Shown: positions 1 to 10,085, counted from the first letter of the stretch. The stretch: 64,000 nt of DNA from Promethearchaeota archaeon (GCA_048938105.1 JBHLMN010000002.1:256001-320000); one strand, 5' to 3'. Made by a program: numbers and translations. The notes: generated by a model from the letters alone, not told the origin.

Positions 1-88
1 AAAAAAATATTCTCATATATTGAGAAGAATTGTGGTGTCGCAAGTATTAAAAATCAGACTCAAATTTACAACAAGTTAAGGGATTAAT

Positions 89-1135
89 ATGAAAGCAGCT
101 GTTTTTGAAAAAGTAAAGACTCCTATGAAAATTGATGAAAATTATCCTTCTCCTGATATTTCTGGGAAATCAGGTCAAGTGTTATTAAACATTGAGGCGT
201 GTGGTGTTTGTCACACAGATTTAGGATTTTTGGATCATGGTGTTCCAACTGGAAAATCTCCACCATTAATTTTAGGGCATGAAATGTCAGGGACAGTAGC
301 GGAAATAAGTGATGATGTCACCTCCTTCAAAAAGGGGGATCAAGTTCTTGTTCCTGCGGTGATATCCTGCGGGAACTGCTTCTATTGCAGAACTGGACGC
401 GAAAATATTTGTTCAAATCAAACATTCTTTGGGAGTAATGTTGATGGAGGTTTTGCAGAGCAAATAATGGTTCCAGCAAAAGATATTTTTCATCTCCCCA
501 CTGAAATTCCTTTAGAAGAAGGTTGTATCATTTCAGATGCTGTTTCAACTCCATACCATGCTGTAAAAAATCGGGGGCAAGTAAGACCTGGAGATTGGGT
601 AGTTGTCATTGGTTGTGGTGGAATAGGTTCAAATGTGGTGCAGAATGTTAAAGCAGCTGGTGGATTACCTATTGCGGTTGACATTATTCCAGAGAAATTA
701 GAGGTAGCAAAACAGCTTGGGGCAGTTGAGACAATATTAGCAAAGGATTTAGACAAAAAAGCTATTGTTAGTGCTATTAGAAAAATCACTGGGGGTGGAG
801 CCGATATTGCTTTTGAAGCGATAGGAAATCCGGTAACATTTGCACAAGCGTTCGATAGTTTGAGGAAAGGAGGTCGTCTAGTAGCTGTTGGATATTCTCC
901 CAAGCGTTGGGATGGATTTAATGTTGGTCGCGTAATGTTTTATGAAATGGAATTGGTTGGAAGTCTAGGGTGTCGTACAGTGGATTATCCCCGCATAATT
1001 GAGTTGGTAAAAAATAAGGTTTTAGTCGTTGAACCATTAGTAACAGCAAAATATCCCCTCGCTGAAATCAATGAAGCTTTTGATGTTTTACGGAGTGGTA
1101 AAGGTATTCGTACAGTTATTTTATGTCAAAAATAA
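89..1135 (+). CDS. had: Zn-dependent dehydrogenase, likely 6-hydroxycyclohex-1-ene-1-carbonyl-CoA dehydrogenase
   Basis: MDR motifs CGVCHTD, GHE, CGNCFYC..C and GCGGIG. Had-like segments (DLGFLDHGVPT, GSLGCRTVDYPRII). An oah gene lies in the same cluster. Confidence 0.75.
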   Translation: MKAAVFEKVKTPMKIDENYPSPDISGKSGQVLLNIEACGVCHTDLGFLDHGVPTGKSPPLILGHEMSGTVAEISDDVTSFKKGDQVLVPAVISCGNCFYCRTGRENICSNQTFFGSNVDGGFAEQIMVPAKDIFHLPTEIPLEEGCIISDAVSTPYHAVKNRGQVRPGDWVVVIGCGGIGSNVVQNVKAAGGLPIAVDIIPEKLEVAKQLGAVETILAKDLDKKAIVSAIRKITGGGADIAFEAIGNPVTFAQAFDSLRKGGRLVAVGYSPKRWDGFNVGRVMFYEMELVGSLGCRTVDYPRIIELVKNKVLVVEPLVTAKYPLAEINEAFDVLRSGKGIRTVILCQK

Positions 1136-1170
1136 TTATCAAACTTGCTATTCTTTGGATTTGAAATCTC

Positions 1171-2313
1171 ATGAAAGTAGGCATTATTGGTATTGGACAT
1201 GGTAGATTCGGTAGACGAGATGATGTTACCGTACAAGAACTAGCATTTGAGCCTTTTGTCGAGGCCTTAAATGATGCAGAAATTCAGCGAAAAGATATTG
1301 ATGCGACTATTGTTGGCGGATCACCAGTCTATATGACTCAACGGAGTATTGCAGGACCAATCACTGAATACCTTGGTTTAAACCCACAACCTGTTTGGCT
1401 TACCGAAGCAGCTTGCAGTAGTTCTGCAGTTGCTTTACGAACGGCATACGCTTTAATTTCTGCAGGAATGCATCAAATAGTTTTAGTGTTGGGTGTGCAG
1501 AAGATGTTAGAAAATCCAACGTCTGAAATCCTGAAAATTATGGGACGTAGCGGAGATGTTCAGTGGGAGGCTCCATATGGAACAACTTTTGCGAATTATT
1601 ATGCAATGTATGCCAACTCCCATATGGCAAAATACGGCACAAAATCAGAACAACTCGCTGCCGTTGCAGTAAAAAATCATTATTATGGAGCAATGAACCC
1701 ATTAGCAATGTTCCAAAAGGAAATTACAATAGAAAAAGCATTAGCATCAAGAATCATAGCCTCTCCGCTACATCTTTATGATTGCTGTTCAAATGCTGAT
1801 GGTTCTGCTGCGCTTATTGTAGCAAATGAAGAAAAAGCTAAACAACTCTCTGATACACCAATTTGGGTCTCTGGCCTTGGAGCAGCTACTGCTCCCTTTT
1901 CCCTGTTAACCCGTCCAAAGCTAGCTACACTATCTAGCGCAGTTGAAGCCTCAAAAATAGCATATACTCAAGCCAAAGTTCAACCCACTGATATAGATGT
2001 TGCTGAAGTTCATGACTGCTTTACTATTGCTGAAATCATGGCCTATGAGGATTTAGGGTTCACAGAAAGAGGAAAAGGAGGAGAATTTGTAGAGGAGGCC
2101 TATGTTGGTGGGAAAATTCCTATCAACGTTGATGGTGGTCTGAAAGCAAAAGGGCATCCTGTTGGAGCTACTGGTTGTTCACAGGTTGTTGGAATTGTCA
2201 AACAACTTCGTGGAGAAGCAGGAAAGAGTCAAGTTGATGATGCTGAGATTGGATTGACTCATAATGTTGGTGGTCATGGTCAATATTGTGTTGTGCATAT
2301 TTTTTCACGGTAA
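1171..2313 (+). CDS. Archaeal-type (DUF35-associated) thiolase / acetyl-CoA acetyltransferase
   Basis: EAACSS catalytic Cys, HDCF and GHPVGATG motifs; directly upstream of a DUF35 gene. Confidence 0.9.
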   Translation: MKVGIIGIGHGRFGRRDDVTVQELAFEPFVEALNDAEIQRKDIDATIVGGSPVYMTQRSIAGPITEYLGLNPQPVWLTEAACSSSAVALRTAYALISAGMHQIVLVLGVQKMLENPTSEILKIMGRSGDVQWEAPYGTTFANYYAMYANSHMAKYGTKSEQLAAVAVKNHYYGAMNPLAMFQKEITIEKALASRIIASPLHLYDCCSNADGSAALIVANEEKAKQLSDTPIWVSGLGAATAPFSLLTRPKLATLSSAVEASKIAYTQAKVQPTDIDVAEVHDCFTIAEIMAYEDLGFTERGKGGEFVEEAYVGGKIPINVDGGLKAKGHPVGATGCSQVVGIVKQLRGEAGKSQVDDAEIGLTHNVGGHGQYCVVHIFSR

Positions 2314-2324
2314 GGTGCAAAACA

Positions 2325-3536
2325 GTGAAACACTTTGGGTATAAAGACTATATTTCTCAATCAAAGATTGGTAAACGTTTTTTGGAAGCTTTGAGAGCAG
2401 GAAGGCTAGAAGGGACTAAATGTACTAAATGTTCCATTCTTTATTATCCTCCTAGAGCCAACTGTAAAGAATGTCTTACTGACGAGTTTCTAGAACATGT
2501 AGAATTTTCTGGTGAAGGAAAAATTTTATCATTTTCTGAAGTTCATGTTCCTCCCGCTGGTTTTGAGCGTTTTGCTCCGTATACAGTAACAGTTATCGAC
2601 TTGAAGGAAGGTGGGAGAGTTGTAGCTTGGGTAGATGACGTTACTGAACCACTTAAGATTGGTGAGGATGTACTGGTTAAACCAGAGGTCGTCGAAGGAG
2701 ATAGGGTGATTTATCGAGTTTTAAGAGGTGAAGACATAACTGTCTCCTCTGAAAAGATTGCTAAAACCAAAAAGGATGAAGTTAAACCCAAAAGACTTAT
2801 GAACAAAGTCGCTATTGTCACAGGAGCAGGGAAGGGAATTGGTAGAGAAATCGCCTTAACATATGCAAGAGAGGGAGCTAAAGTTGTAGTTGCAGCTAGG
2901 ACACAATCAGACATCGATTCCCTTGCGAATGAGATTAAAGAGTGTGGAGGTGAGGCTCTTGCGATTCCATGTGACGTTTCCAATGTAGAAGACGTACATC
3001 GTTTAGTGGAAGGAACACTAAAAAGATTTCAAAGAGTAGATATTCTTGTAAACAATGCTGGAATTTCTCGAAGTGCTTTAATTTCGAAAATGACCGATGA
3101 TCTTTGGAATTCAGTAATAAATATCAATTTAACTGGTACATTTAATTGTATCCGGGCCATAACGCCACATTTTATGGAAAAAAGACCTCTTGGTGGGAAG
3201 ATCATCAATTTCACATCTACAGCTGCTAAATATGGTAATATAGGCCAGGCATCATATGCAGCATCTAAATGGGGAATTATAGCTCTTTCAAAAACCGCAG
3301 CAAGAGAACTGGCTCGTTATAAAGTTAATGTGAACTGTATAATGCCAGGATATATCGAAACAACAATGACTGCAGATACACCGAGTGTCTATAAAGAACA
3401 GACAATTGCTCAAATCCCACAAATGCGAATTGGTTATCCTGATGATGTGGCAAAGGTAGCTGTATTCTTGGCGTCAGATGATAGTAATTATATGACTGGT
3501 GGGGTGGTTCAAGTAGACGGTGGATTAAGAATGTAA
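2325..3536 (+). CDS. DUF35 (Zn-ribbon/OB-fold) fused to a FabG-like 3-oxoacyl reductase (SDR)
   Basis: N-terminal CTKC..CKEC Zn ribbon and OB fold; C-terminal TGAGKGIG, NNAG, YAASK, VDGG. GTG start at 2325 chosen just after the thiolase stop. Confidence 0.85.
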   Translation: MKHFGYKDYISQSKIGKRFLEALRAGRLEGTKCTKCSILYYPPRANCKECLTDEFLEHVEFSGEGKILSFSEVHVPPAGFERFAPYTVTVIDLKEGGRVVAWVDDVTEPLKIGEDVLVKPEVVEGDRVIYRVLRGEDITVSSEKIAKTKKDEVKPKRLMNKVAIVTGAGKGIGREIALTYAREGAKVVVAARTQSDIDSLANEIKECGGEALAIPCDVSNVEDVHRLVEGTLKRFQRVDILVNNAGISRSALISKMTDDLWNSVININLTGTFNCIRAITPHFMEKRPLGGKIINFTSTAAKYGNIGQASYAASKWGIIALSKTAARELARYKVNVNCIMPGYIETTMTADTPSVYKEQTIAQIPQMRIGYPDDVAKVAVFLASDDSNYMTGGVVQVDGGLRM

Positions 3537-3624
3537 ATATTCCTGTTTATTCTTATTTAGACTCAAACAGGTATCAATAATCCTCAATTCTATTATTTGA
3601 ACTCCTAAGAAGATAGAAAGGCAA

Positions 3625-3759
3625 TTATCCCCTCATCATAAGAATGGGACACTTTTCTGGATCATCCAAGTCTAAACACGGTTTTTGCATGCCTTTATAA
3701 AACTTCTGACCAAGTTCATTGCACATTTGGTTTTCTTCATCGAAGTGTGGACATACCAT
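3625..3759 (-). CDS. 44-aa four-cysteine small protein (not in ORF track)
   Basis: Hand translation MVCPHFDEENQMCNELGQKFYKGMQKPCLDLDDPEKCPILMMRG*, with GGAGATGA upstream of the ATG. Confidence 0.6.
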   Translation of the reverse strand: MVCPHFDEENQMCNELGQKFYKGMQKPCLDLDDPEKCPILMMRG

Positions 3760-3909
3760 GGCATCATCTCCGATTTTTATAATTTTCCAACAGATACTGT
3801 TGCAATAAACACTTCTTCATTTATTATTTATTAACCATTGCTAATGTCTTGTAGTATATTGAGATATTAATAAAAAAATGCAGAATTAATAAGGGAAAGG
3901 TGTTTTGAA

Positions 3910-4779
3910 GTGTGTAAGTGGTGCGCCAAACATGGTGCTAATGGAAAATGGTACCTTAATGCTAAGAATTATCTAGCAGAAACATCTAAAGGTTATGATG
4001 ATGCACGTGAATACCTAGAAGTTCTTTGGGGGAATCTTGAGCGAATCTATTTGGGGAAAACATGGGGAATGTCAATAAATAATGTTATTTCGTATCGTCT
4101 TAAGATTCCAATTATAGGAAGATTCATTAAATGGATGGTTAATAAAAGAATTGAGAAAGAAAAGAATCCTAATCCTCGAATTGCAGAGGGACATTTTGGT
4201 CAAGTAATTCCACTGGAAGAAGCTAAAATCATTGTTTCTAATCTAGCTGACGTTAAGATCAAAGCAAATTGTCCCTGTAGATACATACACCGCGGAATTA
4301 AGGTAGATAGTTGTATGGGGTTTACTGCCCTAGCAGAAGTGTTTCCTAAGCTTCCTCGATTGATTCCAGAAAATGGCTTGGAGATTTTATCCTCTGATAA
4401 AGCTGAAATATTCTTAGAAAGGATGAATCAGGAAGGAAAAGTTCATGTCATTTACTGGGGACCAATACCTTATATTGCTGCATTGTGTTCTTGTGATTAC
4501 CCCCAGTGTTTGGGTTTACGAACTCGAATGGATTTTGGTATCAATACAGTATATAAAGGGGAGTATATTGCTGTAGTAGACCCCAATAAATGTATTGGCT
4601 GTGGAAAATGTGTTTCTCGATGTCAATTTGGAGCAATAAATTTCAGTTCATCAATAAATCGACCAATAATTGATGCCAAAAGGTGTTTTGGATGTGGATT
4701 GTGTAAGGAAATATGTGAGGAACAAGCAATACACTTGGTCGATAGAGATGAAATTCCAGTTGTAAAGGGGATGTATTAA
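3910..4779 (+). CDS. Fe-S protein with a C-terminal 2x[4Fe-4S] ferredoxin domain
   Basis: CIGCGKCVSRC and CFGCGLCKEIC, plus extra CxxC-H, CPC and CSC motifs. Confidence 0.8.
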   Translation: MCKWCAKHGANGKWYLNAKNYLAETSKGYDDAREYLEVLWGNLERIYLGKTWGMSINNVISYRLKIPIIGRFIKWMVNKRIEKEKNPNPRIAEGHFGQVIPLEEAKIIVSNLADVKIKANCPCRYIHRGIKVDSCMGFTALAEVFPKLPRLIPENGLEILSSDKAEIFLERMNQEGKVHVIYWGPIPYIAALCSCDYPQCLGLRTRMDFGINTVYKGEYIAVVDPNKCIGCGKCVSRCQFGAINFSSSINRPIIDAKRCFGCGLCKEICEEQAIHLVDRDEIPVVKGMY

Positions 4780-5009
4780 TGGGGAAGATTAAGATTAATA
4801 TTGATTACTCGAAATGTATCACCCCTGAGAACTGTAGAAAATGTATAAATGTTTGCCAACCAGTAGTTTTGATACTAACCTTTTCTGATAAAGATTTCTA
4901 TAATCCAAAAGATTGGAAAATTGTACCAATATTTCCTTCCTTATGCATAAATTGCAATCTGTGTGTTGATCAATGCCCTGAAAAGGCCATAAGCATTTTT
5001 CTAAAGTAA
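4779..5009 (+). CDS. Small ferredoxin
   Basis: C..CRKC..C and CINCNLCVDQCP; start overlaps the upstream stop codon. Confidence 0.8.
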   Translation: MGKIKINIDYSKCITPENCRKCINVCQPVVLILTFSDKDFYNPKDWKIVPIFPSLCINCNLCVDQCPEKAISIFLK

Positions 5010-5107
5010 TTGCTTTTTAAGAACCCAAAAGTAAGTTTGGTTTTCCTCTATGAATTCTGCTTTTTGAAAGGTCTTGCATCCCGTTTCAAATAAATAAAGC
5101 AGCGAAT

Positions 5108-5161
5108 TTAGTTCTTCAATACTTCTCGTAAGATTTTAGCCAATCTTTTCATTCCAGTAAC
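5108..5161 (-). pseudogene. Relic of the 3' end of an aminotransferase paralog
   Basis: Translates VTGMKRLAKILREVLKN*, matching the C-terminus VVGMKRLARILKDEIG* of the gene at 7361-8545. Confidence 0.55.
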
Positions 5162-5309
5162 CCTCATAAAGCTTGTTTCATCTTCGAAACTTTCAGCTAC
5201 CTCTGAAAAATTTTATAAACACCAAAATCCAAGAGTTAGGTGATTCAAAAGGGAATAAGAAGGCCAAAATCAAGCATAATTGACTTATTGAGAGACTAGG
5301 GGATGCATA

Positions 5310-6797
5310 ATGACAGCTAAGAAAATTTCAGTATATAATGAAGTTCCATTGATTGAGAGTGAGGCTCGAGTTCTTTTCGAGCTTGAGACTTTAGTGAACG
5401 AACCTCTCCCTCAGGTTGAAGAACTAGTCCGAAAATCTACCTGGGAGGGACCCTTTGGCTTTATTACTAAGGATCATCATGTGGTCGGATTAGGAGTATC
5501 TTTTAGAGGATTGACTTCCAGCAGTGAACTGTATTCATATCAGAATAATTTAAGACCGCTGCCTGACACCCTCGGGCAGTTAATCCACTTACAAGAATTA
5601 GATCTAAGTAATAACCGTTTGAAAGAGCTGCCCTCCTTCCTTGCGCAGCTGTCCAATCTCAAAACATTGAGGGTGAATGGGAATAAATTAACTGACCTTT
5701 CATCAACATTAATCCAGCTGGTCAACTTACAAGAACTAGATGTCTCAAACAATCATTTCATAGTGTATCCCACCTCTCTCAACAAACTCGTTAATCTCAG
5801 AAGGTTAAATATCAGTGATAACCTCTTGAAATCACTGCCTGATTCCATCGGTAAGTTGTCTAATCTTCGTTACTTAAACATAAGCAAGAATCGCTTGACT
5901 ACGCTGCCTGACTCCCTCGAACAGTTAGTTAAACTTCAACACTTAAATCTGAGGGGAAATGAATTGACAGTCATACCAAATGGAATAGGGAATCTAATTA
6001 ATCTAAGAGAATTAAATTTAAGAGGGAATAGACTGAAATTCCTTCCTGATTCCCTCGGCCAATTAGTAAATCTTCAAATCTTGTTGCTGGAACGTAATTT
6101 CAAATTAGATATCCCAGAGACCCTTTGTAATCTTGTCAATCTAGAACGATTATCTTTAGATGAGGGCCACGTATTTCATCTCTCTGAAAACTTGTTTTCT
6201 AGATGGTCCAGTCTTATTCCGCAGGAACAAATAAAAAAGCGAAATCTGAGAAGGCTTCTGGTATTAAATGAAGTCGCTGCCTTGGACGATTTACGCTTAG
6301 AAAATAAGTTCTATTGGCGAGAAGCAGACGTTTATGATATCCACATTGACCTAGACATTAATCTCCATATTTTTATCGAGAACCAGCATGTAACCAAACT
6401 AGATCTATCTGACCAGAATATTGTGCTGTTACCCCCGTCTTTTGGAGAGTTGGTTCACATTAGAGAGTTAAATTTAGGGCACAATAGACTAGAAGGCCTC
6501 CCAGGGACGTTTGGCAACCTTAAACAACTGCATTCACTCGATTTAAGCGAGAATTGTTTAAAAACATTACCTACTGAACTTGGGGAGTTGATTCACCTTG
6601 AGAGGCTGGATTTATCCTTCAATAAGTTTGTCGAGATCCCCGAAACAATTGGCAACTTAAGTAATCTAAAAGAGTTAGACTTATCTATGAATCGTTTGGA
6701 GCATCTTCCTCGGACTTTGGGGAAGTTGAGAAAGCTTGATAATCTGGATTTATCAGGTAACCCAATTATATATCCGAATAGTTATAAGAATTGGTAG
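5310..6797 (+). CDS. Leucine-rich repeat protein
   Basis: Many 23-aa LxxLxLxxNxLxxLPxxxxxL repeats arranged in two blocks. Confidence 0.95.
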   Translation: MTAKKISVYNEVPLIESEARVLFELETLVNEPLPQVEELVRKSTWEGPFGFITKDHHVVGLGVSFRGLTSSSELYSYQNNLRPLPDTLGQLIHLQELDLSNNRLKELPSFLAQLSNLKTLRVNGNKLTDLSSTLIQLVNLQELDVSNNHFIVYPTSLNKLVNLRRLNISDNLLKSLPDSIGKLSNLRYLNISKNRLTTLPDSLEQLVKLQHLNLRGNELTVIPNGIGNLINLRELNLRGNRLKFLPDSLGQLVNLQILLLERNFKLDIPETLCNLVNLERLSLDEGHVFHLSENLFSRWSSLIPQEQIKKRNLRRLLVLNEVAALDDLRLENKFYWREADVYDIHIDLDINLHIFIENQHVTKLDLSDQNIVLLPPSFGELVHIRELNLGHNRLEGLPGTFGNLKQLHSLDLSENCLKTLPTELGELIHLERLDLSFNKFVEIPETIGNLSNLKELDLSMNRLEHLPRTLGKLRKLDNLDLSGNPIIYPNSYKNW

Positions 6798-7360
6798 GAA
6801 TTTGAAATAAAGAGAGTAAAGTGTATTCACATTCTGGTATGAGTATTCCTCTCTCTTAACGTGATTTTTATATTGAAAAACTTCAGCTTACTGAATTGAA
6901 ATTAAGGGCCAAAATGCTTAGAATTTCATATCACGTGTGAAAAAAAAATTTATCGGAAAATGGGATGATTTCTGGATCTTTTATCCCTTTCCTTCCAATT
7001 TCATAACCAATTTGACATAGATATTTTTTCAACTTTATAAAAATAATCTCTAACTGTCAATGATATTTTCACATACATAGGAATCCTCTGAAAATGATTG
7101 AGATGAATGTTAACATTTTGGTATGGCATTTGCGGATGAAAAATCCTAAGAGAGAAGGTTCAAATACCTCCCAATAGAATTTTGAGTAATCCCAAAAGAA
7201 TAGGCGAGGCTAAGTGGGCCCACTTCTTCAGGTACAAGTAATAATAAGGGTTAGAAAAGGAGTTAACTATTTTTTAACGACTCAAAAGGAAGCTTGGCCG
7301 TTCTTCATGAATTCTATATCCTGAAAAGGTGTCGCTCTAATGAATTCTTTGTAGTTATTT

Positions 7361-8545
7361 TTATCCTATTTCATCCTTTAATATTCTAGCCAATCTCTTC
7401 ATGCCTACAACAATTTTCTCTTCAGGCATATTTGAAAAATTTAATCGTATTGAGTTTTCATGGCCCCCATTAGGATAGAAACATCCTCCAGGGACAAATG
7501 CCACCTTCTGTTCTTGAGCTTTTTCCAGTAATTCCCGACCATTAATATGTTCAGGTAGTTCAATCCATAGGAATAAGCCTCCCTCTGGAATCGAGCATTT
7601 CGCCTCTAGTGGAAATTCTTCATTTATAATTTTGACCATTAGGTCGAGTCGACGTTTATACACCTTTTTAATCTTGGCAATATTAGCATCAATGTCATAT
7701 TCATTTAGGTACAATGCAACCTCTCTTTGAGCCATTGTATTACATTGCAGATCTGCTACTTCCTTTAACATGGTATATTTATTCAATAGTTCTTTCTCAG
7801 CACATATCCAACCAATCCTAAAACCTGGGCACAGAATTTTAGAAAAGGTTCCTAGAAAAACTACCCTACCCTCTGTATCAAAAGATTTAATTGGGGGTAT
7901 TCTCTCTCCACTAAACCTTACTTCTCCATAAGGATTGTCTTCTATAACAGGTAAATTGAATTCATTGGCTACTTCTAAAAATTCCTTGCGCCTAGTTCTT
8001 GACCAGCTGATTCCTGTAGGATTTTGAAAATCAGGTGTTACATAAATCAGTTTGGCGTTAGAAGTGTTTTTTAAAGCTTTTTCAAGCTCTCTTATTCTCA
8101 TACCATCATTATCTATTCGAATATCTACAAATCGTGCTTGATAGGATCTGAATGCGCCTATAGCTCCTAAGTAACAAGGTTTTTCACAAATAACCACATC
8201 ACCAGGATTCAAAAATAGCTTCCCACTAAATTCTATTCCCTGTTGAGATCCATTTATGATCAGAATATTTTCTGCTAATGTTTCAATCCCTGCTTTTCGC
8301 ATACGTTCTGCAATTTTTTCTCTAAGAGGGAGATAACCATCAGTAGGAACATATTGTAATGCATTGATTCCGTCTTTTTCCAATACTTTTCTTGTTATTC
8401 CTTTTAATTCTTCTAGAGGAAATAACTCCGGTGCTGGTAAACCCCCTGCAAATGAGATTATATCTGGTTTACCAATGAATTTAATAATTTCTCGTGTTTC
8501 TAAGCCTTTTACTTTTTTCATACGATCTGCATATCTTAATTCCAT
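7361..8545 (-). CDS. PLP-dependent class I aminotransferase (LysN/ARO8-like; aromatic or 2-aminoadipate)
   Basis: ISFAGGLP, PDFQNPTG, EDNPY, TFSKILCPGFRIGW, RLNFS. Confidence 0.9.
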   Translation of the reverse strand: MELRYADRMKKVKGLETREIIKFIGKPDIISFAGGLPAPELFPLEELKGITRKVLEKDGINALQYVPTDGYLPLREKIAERMRKAGIETLAENILIINGSQQGIEFSGKLFLNPGDVVICEKPCYLGAIGAFRSYQARFVDIRIDNDGMRIRELEKALKNTSNAKLIYVTPDFQNPTGISWSRTRRKEFLEVANEFNLPVIEDNPYGEVRFSGERIPPIKSFDTEGRVVFLGTFSKILCPGFRIGWICAEKELLNKYTMLKEVADLQCNTMAQREVALYLNEYDIDANIAKIKKVYKRRLDLMVKIINEEFPLEAKCSIPEGGLFLWIELPEHINGRELLEKAQEQKVAFVPGGCFYPNGGHENSIRLNFSNMPEEKIVVGMKRLARILKDEIG

Positions 8546-8832
8546 AGTGAGAGCACCATATAATATTAAAATCAAATTTTATAAAAATCCATGAAATTCG
8601 ATCAAATCTAGATAATATTTTCTGGTTTGGTGTCAATTCTTTTATATACTGATCGATAATCGTCTTGTTGATATTTCTTTTTAGATTGAGAACAAGTCAG
8701 TAGTTCTAAAAACTCATTAATGATTGAATTCATTAGCTCTTATCGGTGTCCTTTAGGATAAAATACGTCTATCCTCAGAATATGATTCACAATAGGCTTA
8801 TTTGGAAAAGAATTCAATAAAAGGTGTATCTT

Positions 8833-10026
8833 ATGGCTTTTGAGTTTGATGAAGAGCAAGAAATGTTCAGAGAAAGTGTAAGAGAGTTTGGTGAAAGGAA
8901 TATTGGACCTCTTGGTCTCACAATGGAAGAAACCAAAGAGATTCCACAGGAAATAAAGAAAGGTATGGCAGAACTTGGGCTTCTTGCATGTACTGCTTCT
9001 CCAGAGTATGGTGGTTCAGGACTGAATGCTGTCAGTGCAGGAGTTATAGCTGAAGAATTAGGAAGAGCAGATCCTACAGGATCGATACCCGTGTTTTATC
9101 TCGTTCAGGCAGCTTGGGGCTTTTTATTAAACAAATATGGTACTGAAGAAGCAAAGAAGGAGATATTTCCAAAAGTAGTAAATGGAGATTGGTTCCTTGG
9201 AATAGCTACAACTGAAGCTGATGCTGGCTCAGATGTCGTTGGGACTTCAATGACAATAAAAAAAGTATCTGACGGATTCGTTGTCAATGGTGAAAAGATG
9301 TACATAAGTGGGGTACGTGAAGCAGCAACTGGTGGTGGAGGCCATGTTACTATAGCACATCAGACACCAGAGCGCGGCAGTAGAGGCATGACAGTATTCT
9401 ATTTTCCCTTGACCGCTGAAGGAGTCACACCTACTTATATTCCAGACTTGGGTAGAGAGGGTATATCCTGTGGCGGTTTTACAGCTGATAATGTCAAAAT
9501 TCCTAGCCATTATATTATTGGAGAAGAAAATAGGGGTTTTAATATTATTCATGAAGGATATGAATTTGCTAGAGCACTAATTGCAGTAATATGCGCATCG
9601 TCAGGCCTAAAATCTCTAGAGAATGGTATGAACTATATAAAAGAAAGAAAGACCTTTGGAATTGCAATTGGAAAGTATGAAGAAATTAACTTTAGATTAG
9701 CAGAACACTACACGAGGCTATGTGCATTAAGGGATTTGGGGTACAAAGCTTTGTGGTTTATCGATAGAGAACAAGAGGGTAAAGCAGGGAGATTTGAAGT
9801 AAGTAAAGCTGTTGCTATGGCTAAAATGTTTGCCTCTGATTGGGCTTGTGATGCAATAAATGATGTTATGCAGTGGCAGGGAGCGTTTGGTTATTCACGA
9901 GAGTGTGTTGATCAGGCCGCATGGAGAGCTGTGAGATCATTTGCTCTTGCAGAGGGATCTAAAGAAATCATGAAGATGATTGTTGCTAGAGAGCTACTTG
10001 GAAAAGACTTCATTGCTTATAAATGA
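8833..10026 (+). CDS. Acyl-CoA dehydrogenase
   Basis: TEADAGSD, NGEKMYIS, GAFGYS, EGSKEIMK. Confidence 0.9.
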   Translation: MAFEFDEEQEMFRESVREFGERNIGPLGLTMEETKEIPQEIKKGMAELGLLACTASPEYGGSGLNAVSAGVIAEELGRADPTGSIPVFYLVQAAWGFLLNKYGTEEAKKEIFPKVVNGDWFLGIATTEADAGSDVVGTSMTIKKVSDGFVVNGEKMYISGVREAATGGGGHVTIAHQTPERGSRGMTVFYFPLTAEGVTPTYIPDLGREGISCGGFTADNVKIPSHYIIGEENRGFNIIHEGYEFARALIAVICASSGLKSLENGMNYIKERKTFGIAIGKYEEINFRLAEHYTRLCALRDLGYKALWFIDREQEGKAGRFEVSKAVAMAKMFASDWACDAINDVMQWQGAFGYSRECVDQAAWRAVRSFALAEGSKEIMKMIVARELLGKDFIAYK

Positions 10027-10085
10027 AGTTCCTTTTTTCTATTTTTTATTAGGGTAAATTGAAAACAAAGCACAATGTGATAATT

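Noticed and set aside
7213-7226. Perfect palindrome aagtgggcccactt in the 6798-7360 gap
   Set aside because: Single copy with no associated repeat, ORF or element ends that I could identify.
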